Assembly: GCA_965644295.1 (NCBI GenBank) | Contig: CBFFRP010000358.1 | Location: 170,064 to 234,063, forward strand | DNA: 64,000 nucleotides | Direction of reading: 5' to 3' | From: Paraphysomonas bandaiensis | Taxonomy: Eukaryota; Protista; Chrysophyceae | Shown here: positions 41,196-52,692 of the stretch, in pieces | Position numbering within the stretch: position 1 is the stretch's first letter | How the letters are laid out: each line of letters opens with the position of its first letter | The notes under the pieces: model-generated | The model's database searches: none | What the model was told of the DNA's origin: nothing | The model's input: only the letters and a program-made list of their open reading frames with translations | Program-made: the position numbers and the translations under genes

Positions 41196-43172
41196 AGTCG
41201 AGGTAATACCAAAACCTGGGTTTTGATGTAAAACCTGGTGAAATTTTTGGTGATGGTCGGAAAAGGGTATAACTATGCACAATAAGTAACTATGAAGTTA
41301 ATAACAGTGTGAAGAGTATTATTTATAATATTTTTTACTAATTTCTTCCATATTACTTCAGTTTTACAGCAATAAAAGTCACCGACTACACATATATATT
41401 ACATACAGTTCACAAGTATGAACTATAACCATCTCACTAAACACCACTATACCATCTCAGAATACACCCACATACCATCTCACTATACACCCATATACCA
41501 TCTCACTATACACCCATACCATATTACTATGCATCACTATACCATCCCACTATATTATACCACTATACCATCTACTGTATGCCACTATACCACCTAACTA
41601 TACATCACTACACTATCTCACTATACACCCATATACCATCTCACACCCATATACCATCTCACTATACACCCATACCATATTACTATGCATCACTATACCA
41701 TCCCACTATATTATACCACTATACCATCTACTGTATACCACTATACCACCTAACTATACATCACTACACTATCTCACTATACACCCATATACCATTTCAC
41801 TATACACCTACGTATGGGACAAATCATACGCGATGGGCAGAAACCAAGCCAAAGGAAAAACCGGGCCTGATCACATAACAACGGCCTCAGCATGCGCAGA
41901 CTGTGCACTCCCAATCGACAACATGGCACACATGCTTCTCACCTGCACACACCTGCTCCCCCATCCCTGGTTTCACACCGCCATAATCAAACTAGCAAAA
42001 GCCGCATGGAATCCACACACACCCCAGGCTGAGCGCTACTGGACCGGCCACATTACTGCCACACAATTGACCGACGCATTCGGACGCCACATATCCAGCT
42101 CACTGCTCGAACATCAGTTCCACGTTCTCGAAAAATCCGTAACCTCTATCCTCCTTCCCCTATATGGTGGAGGGCTCCGCACGGAGGAAGAGATACCACG
42201 AAAGTGCACGAGCAGGGTAAGTAATACTGTTCATAAAGATGGTGACGGGGTCGTATGTCGTATATATGCGGTATTGTTCTGATTATTGTTGTGCGTTGTT
42301 ACTATACACTGCACTAACTGTGTATATATGATGGTGTAGGAGAAGTGCAACGGGAAGAAGAATGTTGTCAACATTCGTGGCGACATATCCAACGACGACC
42401 CGGAGGCGGAGGAAGAGATACCACGAAAGCGCACGAGCAGGGTAAGTAATACTGTTCATAAAGATGGTGACGGGGTCGTATGTCGTATATATGCGGTATT
42501 GTTCTGATTATTGTTGTGCGTTGTTACTATACACTGCACTAACTGTGTATATATGATGGTGTAGGAGAAGTGCAACGGGAAGAAGAATGTTGTCAACATT
42601 CGTGGCGACATATCCAACGACGACCCGGAGGCGGAGGTAGAGTTACCACGAAAGCGCACGAGCAGGGTAAGTAATACTGTTCATAAAGATGGTGACGGGG
42701 TCGTATGTCGTATATATGCGGTATTGTTCTGATTATTGTTGTGCGTTGTTACTATACACTGTACTAACTGCTTATGATCCTTCACCTGCTTATGATCCTC
42801 CACCTACTAGCAATGTGCCCCCAGCGGCTGTTGCCGCGTCGTTTCCGAGCATAGGTACTAATACTACTGTAAGTAGTAGTGGTAAAGATAGCTATATGCG
42901 TATGCAATGTATCCGAAATCAGGCTATTCGGTTGGAGCGTTTGCAGTCTCAAGCGAAGCAGATGTAGCTATATGAGAATATGATATTACAAAACACAAGT
43001 AATAATAGCAGGGCCAACTTGTAACGCAATAAATACTGCTAATAACAACTATACTTGCGACTTTTTCTTTACCTTTAACCTCTCAGATACAAATTACAGT
43101 AAAATAATAACTCAATACTTAGATATGAAACCTGGTGAAATTGCTTTACCAGGTTTTGGTATTACCTCGACT
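41196..43172 (+). mobile_element. Composite non-autonomous TIR element, copy B (both 24-bp TIRs intact; Kolobok-like AG..CT ends)
   Basis: AGTCGAGGTAATACCAAAACCTGG (41196-41219) and its exact reverse complement (43149-43172), followed by TTTA; subterminal AAACCTGGTGAAAT repeats at both ends. Confidence 0.85.
41810..42181 (+). mobile_element. LINE ORF2 C-terminal fragment with CCHC zinc knuckle
   Basis: CADCALPIDNMAHMLLTC = Cx2Cx8Hx4C, typical of the post-RT zinc knuckle of non-LTR retrotransposon ORF2 proteins. Confidence 0.7.
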
Positions 43173-44137
43173 TTTAGTAAATCATCCAATTGTGTCATAT
43201 CTTGACAGGTCCGAGCATGGTTTTAACTAGTAGATTGTACTTTAGCTTCTGTTTAGCTCTGTGTGTGTTATGCAATGAATATTATACAAAGTTATATGTT
43301 GGAATTCAATTGACTAGATTGTTTACTGTTTTGGCTTATCTTACTGTCTATATTGGTCTGAAAGCCGACTGAAGACCATTACCAATTACCACAACGCTGG
43401 AATTGAAGTAACCTCAAACTTATTACTTTTATCGCTACGAACTGGGCAAAGAGTAGCAAATAGAGTAAAAATATTATTCAACCTATCCAATTTCGTTAAA
43501 AAATCTAGTCATATCAAACTTGACGGAATAACCTAGTCAAAGTAAGAAATGACTCAACCTTGTCAATTTTGGTATTAAGCCTAGTCGTTCTTATATCTAT
43601 TGATTATTGATTACACGTTGTGACTGTCTAAGATAACAGCTCACACCACAAAACATATATTCAAACATAACAATTAATGCATATACATATCTACTTAACA
43701 CAGTGTATGTGTATGTCTATCCAGTCTATTTATATAGCTTATAACTGTACATAGCGATGGGACCCTTGTGAGTGTTATGGGGAAGAGGGGTAAATGAAGC
43801 TCTCCATATAACTCACTCTATGATCTGCAGGACATCTCTAGATCTTCATATGCTCGGAGTGATAGCGCTTATCTTCCTTCAATTCTCCACTAAATGACTT
43901 CGATAGCTACATTGGCTTTCAGGAGCGCATCAATCCTCCTGTTCTTAGACCAATTACGAAAAGAGGAGCTTTTCATGACACAAAGTTGATATTTTCGTGA
44001 AAACAGCAACAACAGCTGTTGATTTGCAGCAGAACATCTGTAGCATGAGGTGTCTGTCGTGCAGTGTGAAGTCATTAATCATACAGTAACATGAGGTGTA
44101 TGTTGTGCAGTGGAGCCCATTTCTACTCAGAGGATCT

Positions 44138-46261
44138 TCAGTATGTTATTTCCCTTTCGACACTGGACCTCATATGATTTACTCGAGAGACGACGTCATT
44201 CCAATCATGAAATGCAAGTTGCTTTCTCGCCTTCAATATTCTTTTAATCAAAGAATCTCCTAAACCAGGAACAGTTTTTAATTCTCCATAGCTTGCAGAG
44301 TTCACATTGACCTTGTACGATTCGGCTTGTAGGTGAATTCGTCCACTGAAAACTGGACCAAAAAATTGTTCAAGACTTTTTCCAGTAACAATAACACAAT
44401 TTTCGGGAATATTTTCGCTCACATCAGCATTAACACATATTGCAATAATAACCAGAATAAAATTGCTACGCACACTCTCTGTTACTTTTATGACCTCGTC
44501 TTTTATCATGTCAATTCCAACAGTAGAACCAGTGTACATTTTATGCTGTCCACAACACAGCACAACATTATTTCTGTCGTCGCAACGAGTAGTAAATGAG
44601 TCAAACAACGCGCCTGGCGAATTCTTAAAAATTGTGCAACTTGTATTGGCATCAATACCATTAGCTTGACGAACCATATGGTGGTGGTGGGGATCGCCAC
44701 CAGAAAATCTTGCTAACGAAGTTCCAACAGAACACGTTTCTCTTACTGTGAATTCCTGTAAAGCATCCAGCGAAGACATGGACGTCGAGGTAGAATTAGA
44801 GGATATACAATAAAAATCATTCACTGACACCAACTTATCCTCTCCAAGATATCTTGCAAGTAACATTTCACGAACAGCTTCCATGTATACACATAAATCT
44901 TCAAAACTCTGCCAAGATAAACTTCCTGATTCATTGGACCCACTCACAAGAGCACACATTTTGTGTAAACAACCAACTAACATGTCTTTGCCAGAATGTC
45001 CATGAAGCAAATTTCTAAACATACAGTATGATAGTTCCACACCACATTGTCCATTATTTAGAGTTTTCAAAACAATTTTTCCTTCTTGTTCGAGCTGTCC
45101 GTAGGTAATTTTGTCAGAAACATCCGGACAAACAAGGTCCCTTCGGCTTACGCAATGTGAGAGGATCACTTTCGATATCAGAATGTCGATAATAATATTA
45201 TGATGAGCCCTCACATAGGGCAATTTTGACAGCAGCATAGATTCTATAGTGATGTAATCAATTTCTACCAATCTTTCGCCCATCTCGAATCTTTTCTCAA
45301 TTGCATTTAGAAAAAACTCACCCATTCGGGGCAATGGTGAATAATCCGTTAACAGAGTTCGAAATTGTCGACACAGCCTCCAATCTTCCCACAACGCAGG
45401 GTTTGCACAATCACTTGTATATGCTTGTACAATAGCTTCACAATGATCATAATGCAAAAGACCAATAGGTAGGCTGTGCGTAGGATGTCCAGATTCTGCA
45501 AACACTTCATCCAATGGAAGCACAGTCGTTCCAGCAACGACTCCAAAAACAAAAGATGTACTTGATGAAATCATCGCACCTCCGAAAGCAACCATAGTTG
45601 CTTTTAAAAAACTTCTTTTAGCTGGTTCGTCGCCTCGACTGTCAAGAAGAAAATTAATTTCGTCAACACCAATATAGAGTATTCCATCTGCTTTACCAGA
45701 CTTCTTACTACAATATTGAGATATTGCAGACACCGCAATGTCTGTGCTTAAATCATCTAAAAGAGTTGGCGGAATTTTTCTTGTGAAAGCTTCAAACGAC
45801 ATTATTGGCACAGTGCCGTAAATGAATGCAAAGTACAGCAATCTTAGTGCAAATGCTTTATCGGCTGTGACCAATTCTGAGGCATTTAATCCTAAAAGTG
45901 TACGATCACAGATTGGCGGATTACCATTGTTGTATGTTATAATAACAGATGCCGTCCATTGTGAGTCATTTGAAATCCAATCTGGAAGTGACTCAGCAAT
46001 AGATACAAGGGCTCTCGTTTTTCCTATTCCACTACAGCCGCCAACTACTGCAACTGGGTGTGAATGCCGCTCGAATTCTGTGCGCTTTTCAAGTCTTTCA
46101 AGGAACAATTCTTTGGCCGATTTCATCAGATCTGCTCTGCCCATAAATGGTAACTTTCTGCCAAACTCAGTGACCAGGCGATCGCATTGAACCATCTCGA
46201 GAGGGGAGCGACATGCGCTCACGAGCTCAAGAAGACAATCCTCAGGTGTGTTTTCGTTCAT
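44138..46261 (-). CDS. Crinkler (CRN)-type P-loop NTPase + PD-(D/E)xK-like nuclease + C-terminal ComEA-like helix-hairpin-helix protein, intronless, 707 aa
   Basis: Walker A GGCSGIGKT, IITYNNG, ALRLLYFAF, Walker B LYIGVDE; nuclease-like KNSPGALFDSF..CGQHK; HhH VNVNSASYGELKTVPGLGDSLIKRILKARKQLAFHDWNDV. Confidence 0.75.
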   Translation of the reverse strand: MNENTPEDCLLELVSACRSPLEMVQCDRLVTEFGRKLPFMGRADLMKSAKELFLERLEKRTEFERHSHPVAVVGGCSGIGKTRALVSIAESLPDWISNDSQWTASVIITYNNGNPPICDRTLLGLNASELVTADKAFALRLLYFAFIYGTVPIMSFEAFTRKIPPTLLDDLSTDIAVSAISQYCSKKSGKADGILYIGVDEINFLLDSRGDEPAKRSFLKATMVAFGGAMISSSTSFVFGVVAGTTVLPLDEVFAESGHPTHSLPIGLLHYDHCEAIVQAYTSDCANPALWEDWRLCRQFRTLLTDYSPLPRMGEFFLNAIEKRFEMGERLVEIDYITIESMLLSKLPYVRAHHNIIIDILISKVILSHCVSRRDLVCPDVSDKITYGQLEQEGKIVLKTLNNGQCGVELSYCMFRNLLHGHSGKDMLVGCLHKMCALVSGSNESGSLSWQSFEDLCVYMEAVREMLLARYLGEDKLVSVNDFYCISSNSTSTSMSSLDALQEFTVRETCSVGTSLARFSGGDPHHHHMVRQANGIDANTSCTIFKNSPGALFDSFTTRCDDRNNVVLCCGQHKMYTGSTVGIDMIKDEVIKVTESVRSNFILVIIAICVNADVSENIPENCVIVTGKSLEQFFGPVFSGRIHLQAESYKVNVNSASYGELKTVPGLGDSLIKRILKARKQLAFHDWNDVVSRVNHMRSSVEREITY

Positions 46262-47228
46262 TTAAAGAACCCTCAATAACACTCAGCAATCACCATTATC
46301 AGGACAAGGTGCTACAGGAGCTCTGGGACTGTGTGTTGTCTGTCAGTGCGTACAGGTGCATCTTAACTTCACCGTATTGGCATCCGTCGTATATTTTTGT
46401 TCAAAGATGCCTCTAATATTGAGACAACAATTATCTGTATTTTAGCCGTAGTTGTATTGCAGTAATATAGAGAACATTTACCTCAAATTATTTCCGAAAA
46501 ATAATATGCCGACTGCTGATATGACTTCTCTCTGCTGTTGGGTGCGTCTGTGTACGAGTTGTATAGGACTGTATATTAGTACTAAAATTCCAAGGAATTC
46601 AAACAAAAATCCGGAAATCCAGTGAGGACAAGAAAAATTAGAGTCATCCACTCTGATGCATATCCTACATATCTATATATATATATATGGATATTTCTGT
46701 GCTGGTGCCTTCATTCATTCGAGATCACAACCTACAAACACACTGACGAACTTATATACTTGTCTCTTGCCTCTGCTCAGACGGATAACAATGATACGAA
46801 CTCCAACTATTACAGTGCCAAAGAAGGTCAGCCTGTTGATTTTATACGTTTAGATACGAAAGGCTTGAGCAAAGGACACCACAATGAAGGATTAACTGAT
46901 AACATCAAAATCGCAGCAAGGCTGACTGTGGAAGAACAAAGACCTCCGGGCACCAATGTGTATGCAATAATGACGAGAAAACATTAAAAGCATAGTTGTT
47001 GTGGTATGCTTTGATACAAGAGGTAAAAAGACGTCATTTATGATTGTTATGAGAACAAGTGCTCCAGGAGTAGGCAAATCTTCCAGTCCGTATAAGGTGA
47101 TTTTCTCGAATATTTGGACGCTCGGCCTTATTGCTTTTACTAGAAGAGTTCCGTAGAAGGTGTACCCTCTTATAGAGCTCCATATGAATATACAGAAGTT
47201 AGATACCTCCACAAAATTGGCGCAATAT

Positions 47229-47601
47229 TGTTGAATTTTCTGGAGAATGTTGTCCTGAGTTCTCTGCTGTGTTTCTAGATAGTTTGTAGAATGTAAGGGG
47301 CTCTTAGTAAGTTGATTTTTTGTTCTGTATTCTGCATGTTATCCCTCTTTGTTACATGGCTTTGCATGATAACACACGTAGGGAGGTGTCCTTATATAAG
47401 AGTTCAAGGGTGCTTGGACTTTCTTCTTTACTATTATCTATTATTACCTTACTTTGTTATTGTTATATACATACACATCAGTAGCTGCACCCGGAGTTTA
47501 TACCTCGGGTCAGGTTACAACTATTATTTTCATATAACGGTCATAATTCAAATACCTTAGAACTACAGCTTTTAATTGCTCTCAAACAGCAAAACGCAAC
47601 A
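47229..47601 (-). repeat. Solo LTR (373 bp), copia family
   Basis: On the minus strand begins TGTTGCGTTTTGCTGTTTGAGAGCAATTAAAAGCTG (as at 35812) and ends TTCAACA; flanks AATAT / TATAT fit a 5-bp TSD with one mismatch. Confidence 0.75.
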
Positions 47602-48166
47602 TATATAAGATACGCTAATGAATGATTGGTTCCAATGCTCTATTCAACCGTGTCTTGCTATTATACTATTAGGCTTTAGTCCTAATGTGAAGTATACTGT
47701 AATTAATCTTTACCTTCTAACTAATACGAAGTATAACTTTCATTGTGCACTAAGACAGTAAGACTAGCTATAAATCTTATATTAATTGCACAATGTAAAA
47801 CCTATCTATATACAACAGAAGTAAACATTATATGTGAAAATTGTGAAGCAGATTCAGCTGTATTCAGTGATTCAACATACCAAAATTATGGAATAATAGT
47901 TCATTACAAAACGACTTAAAACTCGCTAAGTAACGAACTAAATCCGTTATTTACGATACACACACTGCTTACAACTACCCAGGGAAGAATATGACCTGAC
48001 AAAAACTGTTCAGTACTTACCATTCAATCGAAAGGTCGACAGATATACTTCTGACGCATTCAAATAGCACTACAAGGGTCACAGAGCACTTCAATGCATT
48101 CGACACCAGCAACGTAGTTCGAATCATTACACAATCTTGAGAGCTACAACGTATTATCTTGGACGA

Positions 48167-49640
48167 TTAGGCCCACACCTATGCACAGTGTGTATAAAAT
48201 TAAAATACAATGAAATGGAGTTATATATCACACAAACCCGCAGTGTTGTATCCCATGATCCTGAAAGCAGGGCATCGCCAGCAGGATTCACAGATATTGT
48301 TGAGACTCTATTTTCATGACCAGATAGGCTCTGATGGCATGTCGACTCTGCACTCACTACATCCCAACATCTAACCATGAAATCTTCATACCCGGCGAAC
48401 AGAAATCTTCCAGAGCGTGAGAACGCAACTGAAAAATAACATAAGATAGAGATAATTGCTATCACATGATATCGCACCACTTGTAATTCCTGATATTATT
48501 TTATCATTGCCAAAGGTATTCAACGCATTCACGCAGCGCATATCAAAGAGTTTGCAAGTATGGTCATCAGACCCAGTACCGACTGCTTGGCCGTCAGGGA
48601 AAAAGTGAACAGAATTGACGTCAGAGGCATGGCCTCTAAATGTGACAACACTTTTATTGGTTCGCACATCCCATACCTGTAGATACAAATCTTATCAATT
48701 CGTCACTAGAACTAGGACGTACCTTGGATGTCGCATCGCAAGATCCCGAAGCGAATATATTAGGGTTGGTTGGGCAAAGAGCAACACTCATAGCATCGGC
48801 GCCGTGATCACTAAACACTCTGTCGGCCCTCCCTCTTTCAACATCCCAGACTCTGCACGTAGAGTCACCTGGTAATAATTAGGATACAAACGTCTAATTA
48901 CAAGCAATACCGTGGCTTGAAAACAAGTCACGACACGTATATATGATACCATAAACGAGAGTAATACCATATAACAATAGCACTACAAGACGTGAAAAAT
49001 ATATACAACCACACAGTCTTCAGGAATACGATACCAACAATACTGTATAATATCGTCAGGAAAAGATGTTGCTTTCTGACCTGACGCTGTCAATAATCTA
49101 CTCTCATCCATAAACCTACAGCACGACAGATAGCCGTGGTGACCACTTAATTCCTATATAACATACTTACATATCAGAAGACATTGTTTCTCGTTGTCTT
49201 ACCTGTGATACCCGCACAACTCTGTTGCTACCAACTCTATCTAACTTGTATAGGGAGCACACATTATCCATTCCCCCACAGGCTACAAACCGGTTCACTT
49301 TTTGTTCAAAGGCACAAGCAATGACCCAGGACGACGCCAACGGAATCGATTGAACCTTATTCGTCGTCAATCCGTTCCACACCATAAGCTTACCATCTTG
49401 AGAGGCGCTCACGAGGTGCACGCTGTCTCCAGACCAGTGAGTTGAGTACACTTTACCAAAATGCCCTCGCAATATTCTTCTAGCCCTCATGTGGCATATC
49501 GACGACTTATTCAGTACGTCACCTTGACATGTTTGAGGTAGCGATCGATCTTGTTTCGACGCTTGGATTCCTTCAATTGATTTTTTTATTCCTTCCAGCC
49601 GCTTTCTGGCGGCAATTATGCTCTCCTGGATGTCAGTCAT
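48167..49640 (-). CDS. GNB: Heterotrimeric G-protein beta subunit (WD40), multi-exon
   Basis: N-terminal helix, then [111 protein letters not shown]|VWA*. Confidence 0.95.
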
Positions 49641-50105
49641 TCGACACAACGATGCTCCAAGATATCTGACTCCTGAGCATACAAATTGAAGCTAACTATC
49701 GGTTTGAATATTTATATCTATACGATTTGCTTATCTGCCTGTTGATGTTACACTCTATGTACAGATATATGTATGTGTGTGTGTATGTATATTTAGGGAG
49801 CGTCGTAGTATTGTACAGCCAAAAGTACTTCGACGTACAATGGAGAGAAAGGATACATCAACAGATCAACAGGCTACACCTCGCACAAAAGTACGAGCGA
49901 TTCGAAGAGTTTTCCCATCACAAAATTAGACAGAAAATCAAAAACTCCACTTTTATGGCTATATATGTACAGTATACAGCAGGAGTAGCAGTATATGGTT
50001 ATGTTATGCTGTTGGTGTATGCTGGATATACAGAGTGACCGTGTGTATATGACACCCGTGAGTATGCACCAGCGAGAAGCTCACAAGTCTACTACTAATT
50101 GCATA

Positions 50106-50689
50106 ATGGGTCAGGCTGAATCTAAACAGACTGTCCCAGCAGTTCCTATCACATCAAATGTCGGTACAACGGCAGGAGCATTTGGTGGAGTGGGAGCCAG
50201 TACTGAACGTTCGTTGGAGCCTCAAGACATCGATGCAGATAGAGAGAAAAGGGCCTACGAGCGTGGAAAGCAAGAATCATATGCGCAAATACACAAACAA
50301 CTGGCGATTGTTGCCAATGAAGTCTACAGTAACGTGAGTGAGCAATTGGAGTCAATTGAGAGACAGCAAAGTAGCAGTTCCAAGCGGACGGTGGGTGGAG
50401 TTGATTGTGTCTGTATTCATGACTTATTTTTTCAATTCCTGCGCGTAGATTGATGACTTAGCAGAGAAGTTGATAAGGCGTGAAGCTCGGACTGACTCAT
50501 GCACATCTGAGCGTGAAAATATCATAAAGTGTTTCAAAGCTAACTCATCTCAACCACTGGAATGCAAAGCAGTGGTTGATGCACTTTCGGCTTGTGCTGT
50601 GGCAACGCTGCATGTAAGTATATGTTCAGTTATTTCTTTCTCTTACTTTGTGGCAGGTAGCTACAGTTGACGATATACAAGTTGAGTAG
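50106..50689 (+). CDS. MIC19/CHCHD3-like mitochondrial twin-CX9C protein (3 exons; last exon uncertain)
   Basis: MGQAESK N-myristoylation-type start, coiled-coil middle, C-TSERENIIK-C-x10-C-KAVVDALSA-C; introns 50391-50448 and 50614-50656. Confidence 0.7.
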
Positions 50690-52692
50690 AGTCATATGCT
50701 TGGATATGATATGTATATCTTATGTTATAACAAGATTGGCATTTTTTTGCAACAGTTGGAGCCCACCCTATTGTAATTATTACTAATGCAATGCATGTAT
50801 TAGTTGTACTTTTTTATAGCAAGTATGTTATATATTGCTATTTCAAAGACACTCAGTTTGCACTCTTGAGGAAATAGAATAGTTCAGTGCAATCACTTAT
50901 TTTCAGTTATTAGTTCTAATATAGAAAATCAACTAAGTATACGATATAGAGAAACACTGTATTACCCTTAACTCGATATACTGTTATCCCGAGAATGTGT
51001 TTGAATGTGCGAATATTGAATAAGTGTGTTCAAGCCTTCACTAAACACTTATACAAAACAAAGAATTTTATCCCGCTGGATAACTCTCCCACATCCCACA
51101 TGTGCTGAATGAATTATTAATTATTAGTACATCATTATTTTGTTTCTTGGTCGATAAAGTAAATTGGTCATCTTTTTCGTGTCAATTTTATCGGTATTCT
51201 TCTTGTTATAATCATTAAATAAAAAATAAATATATAGCTTTAACTAGTCACTAGTCTACACTGTGCATTGTAGATTCTAGCAGAGAGCTGCTGAAAGCAA
51301 CTTAGAATCCTTTATACTCAGGGGAATGTGATTTCGATAAAATTTGATGCTAAACGTAGTCTACGTGATCAGAATACAAGTAATGAATGTACGACAAATT
51401 CTTCTTCCTCCATGAACACAAAGAGTTGTTTAAGGTTTAAGCTGCGTTAAGTTAAATGTCCTAGTGATTGCATTTTGTGGGGGTAAAAAGTAGCAGTCGC
51501 AAACTATATTGTTGAAAACATAAGCTTTATTAATAGTTCCGGACACAATTCACACTAAACAAGTCTACTGTATTATATTGTTCCCTATTACTAAATGTAT
51601 GTACAAAGTAGGGTTATCTATATCTAACTGTCTGTAGCATTCAGTGAAAGTAGTTCTGGTTTCGTAAACCTAGAATTATAACAAGAGTAGTAGTGAGTAA
51701 TTTGATCTGAAATCACAATTGGCGTTCTTAAAATGCCCGACACCAAGAGGTTGATTCTATGGTATCAGTTACAAATCAAATATCACTGTTTTGGACTCTA
51801 TTGATTCCCTTAGTGATAGCTAAAACTTGCCATTATGTAAGCTGTTCTGTATTGCTGCAAGCACTATTGTTTCTATTAATGTTGGATTATTGATGTGAAG
51901 GTATACTCATTAACGGCCTGTCAGTGACATGATTTTAGTTTTACGGCTATATAAACTGAATGCGCTTTTCTCTTGTCCCGGCTTTATTTTACTAGAGGCT
52001 TTCTACATCCCACACCCTCTTTATAGGTTGCACTGGAAGCACATGAATGGTGCACTTTAATATGCTTGAGCACTTATGTCGTAACTATCTCACCTCCGGA
52101 TTCATATCCTGTTGATTATCCACTTCAAAGTGAGCACTGCTGGCTGTCTCAGCTTCGTCGTCCATTGTCGTTTGTTCACATCTCTTCCTCTTCTTTTCCA
52201 TGTCTTCCACTTGTAGAATATGCTGGAGAGTAACTTCCACTTCGTGACATCTTATTTTCTGTCTGCCCATAATCAAATAAGACTACATCAAGCTCACTCC
52301 ATTATATTGCACTGTTACTATTTACCACTGTGCCATTGAATGTCCCTACTCACTAACGGTTTTGGTAACATGATCAAGATTCCGTGCTAGAAATTTGTTG
52401 TTTTAAGACATTTCTGGATTTCTAGAAAACCAAAAAGTGAGTACACAAAAAATTATTGGAATAGTCGACTTCGTAGAAGTACAGTACAGTATACGGTATA
52501 CCCTGCTGTGCTGCTGAGCTCCTCTGTGCAGTCACACATACAGAGTATGCCATTATGGTATGGTACAGATACAGTACATCCACATGTACATACTGGCTGT
52601 TGTATGTGTCACAGTTCATAGTATAATATATCTTGACCCACCCGCAAGCCAACACCTCTTGCGTGGACAGCTGGCTAGTCATCCATTCGTCA

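Noticed and set aside
46622-47212. Short ORFs between the CRN-like gene and the solo LTR
   Set aside because: No recognisable motifs or consistent splice structure.
51700-52400. Possible decayed transposase/BED-finger fragment on the minus strand
   Set aside because: Only a weak KHIKVHH-like motif amid stops; not supportable.
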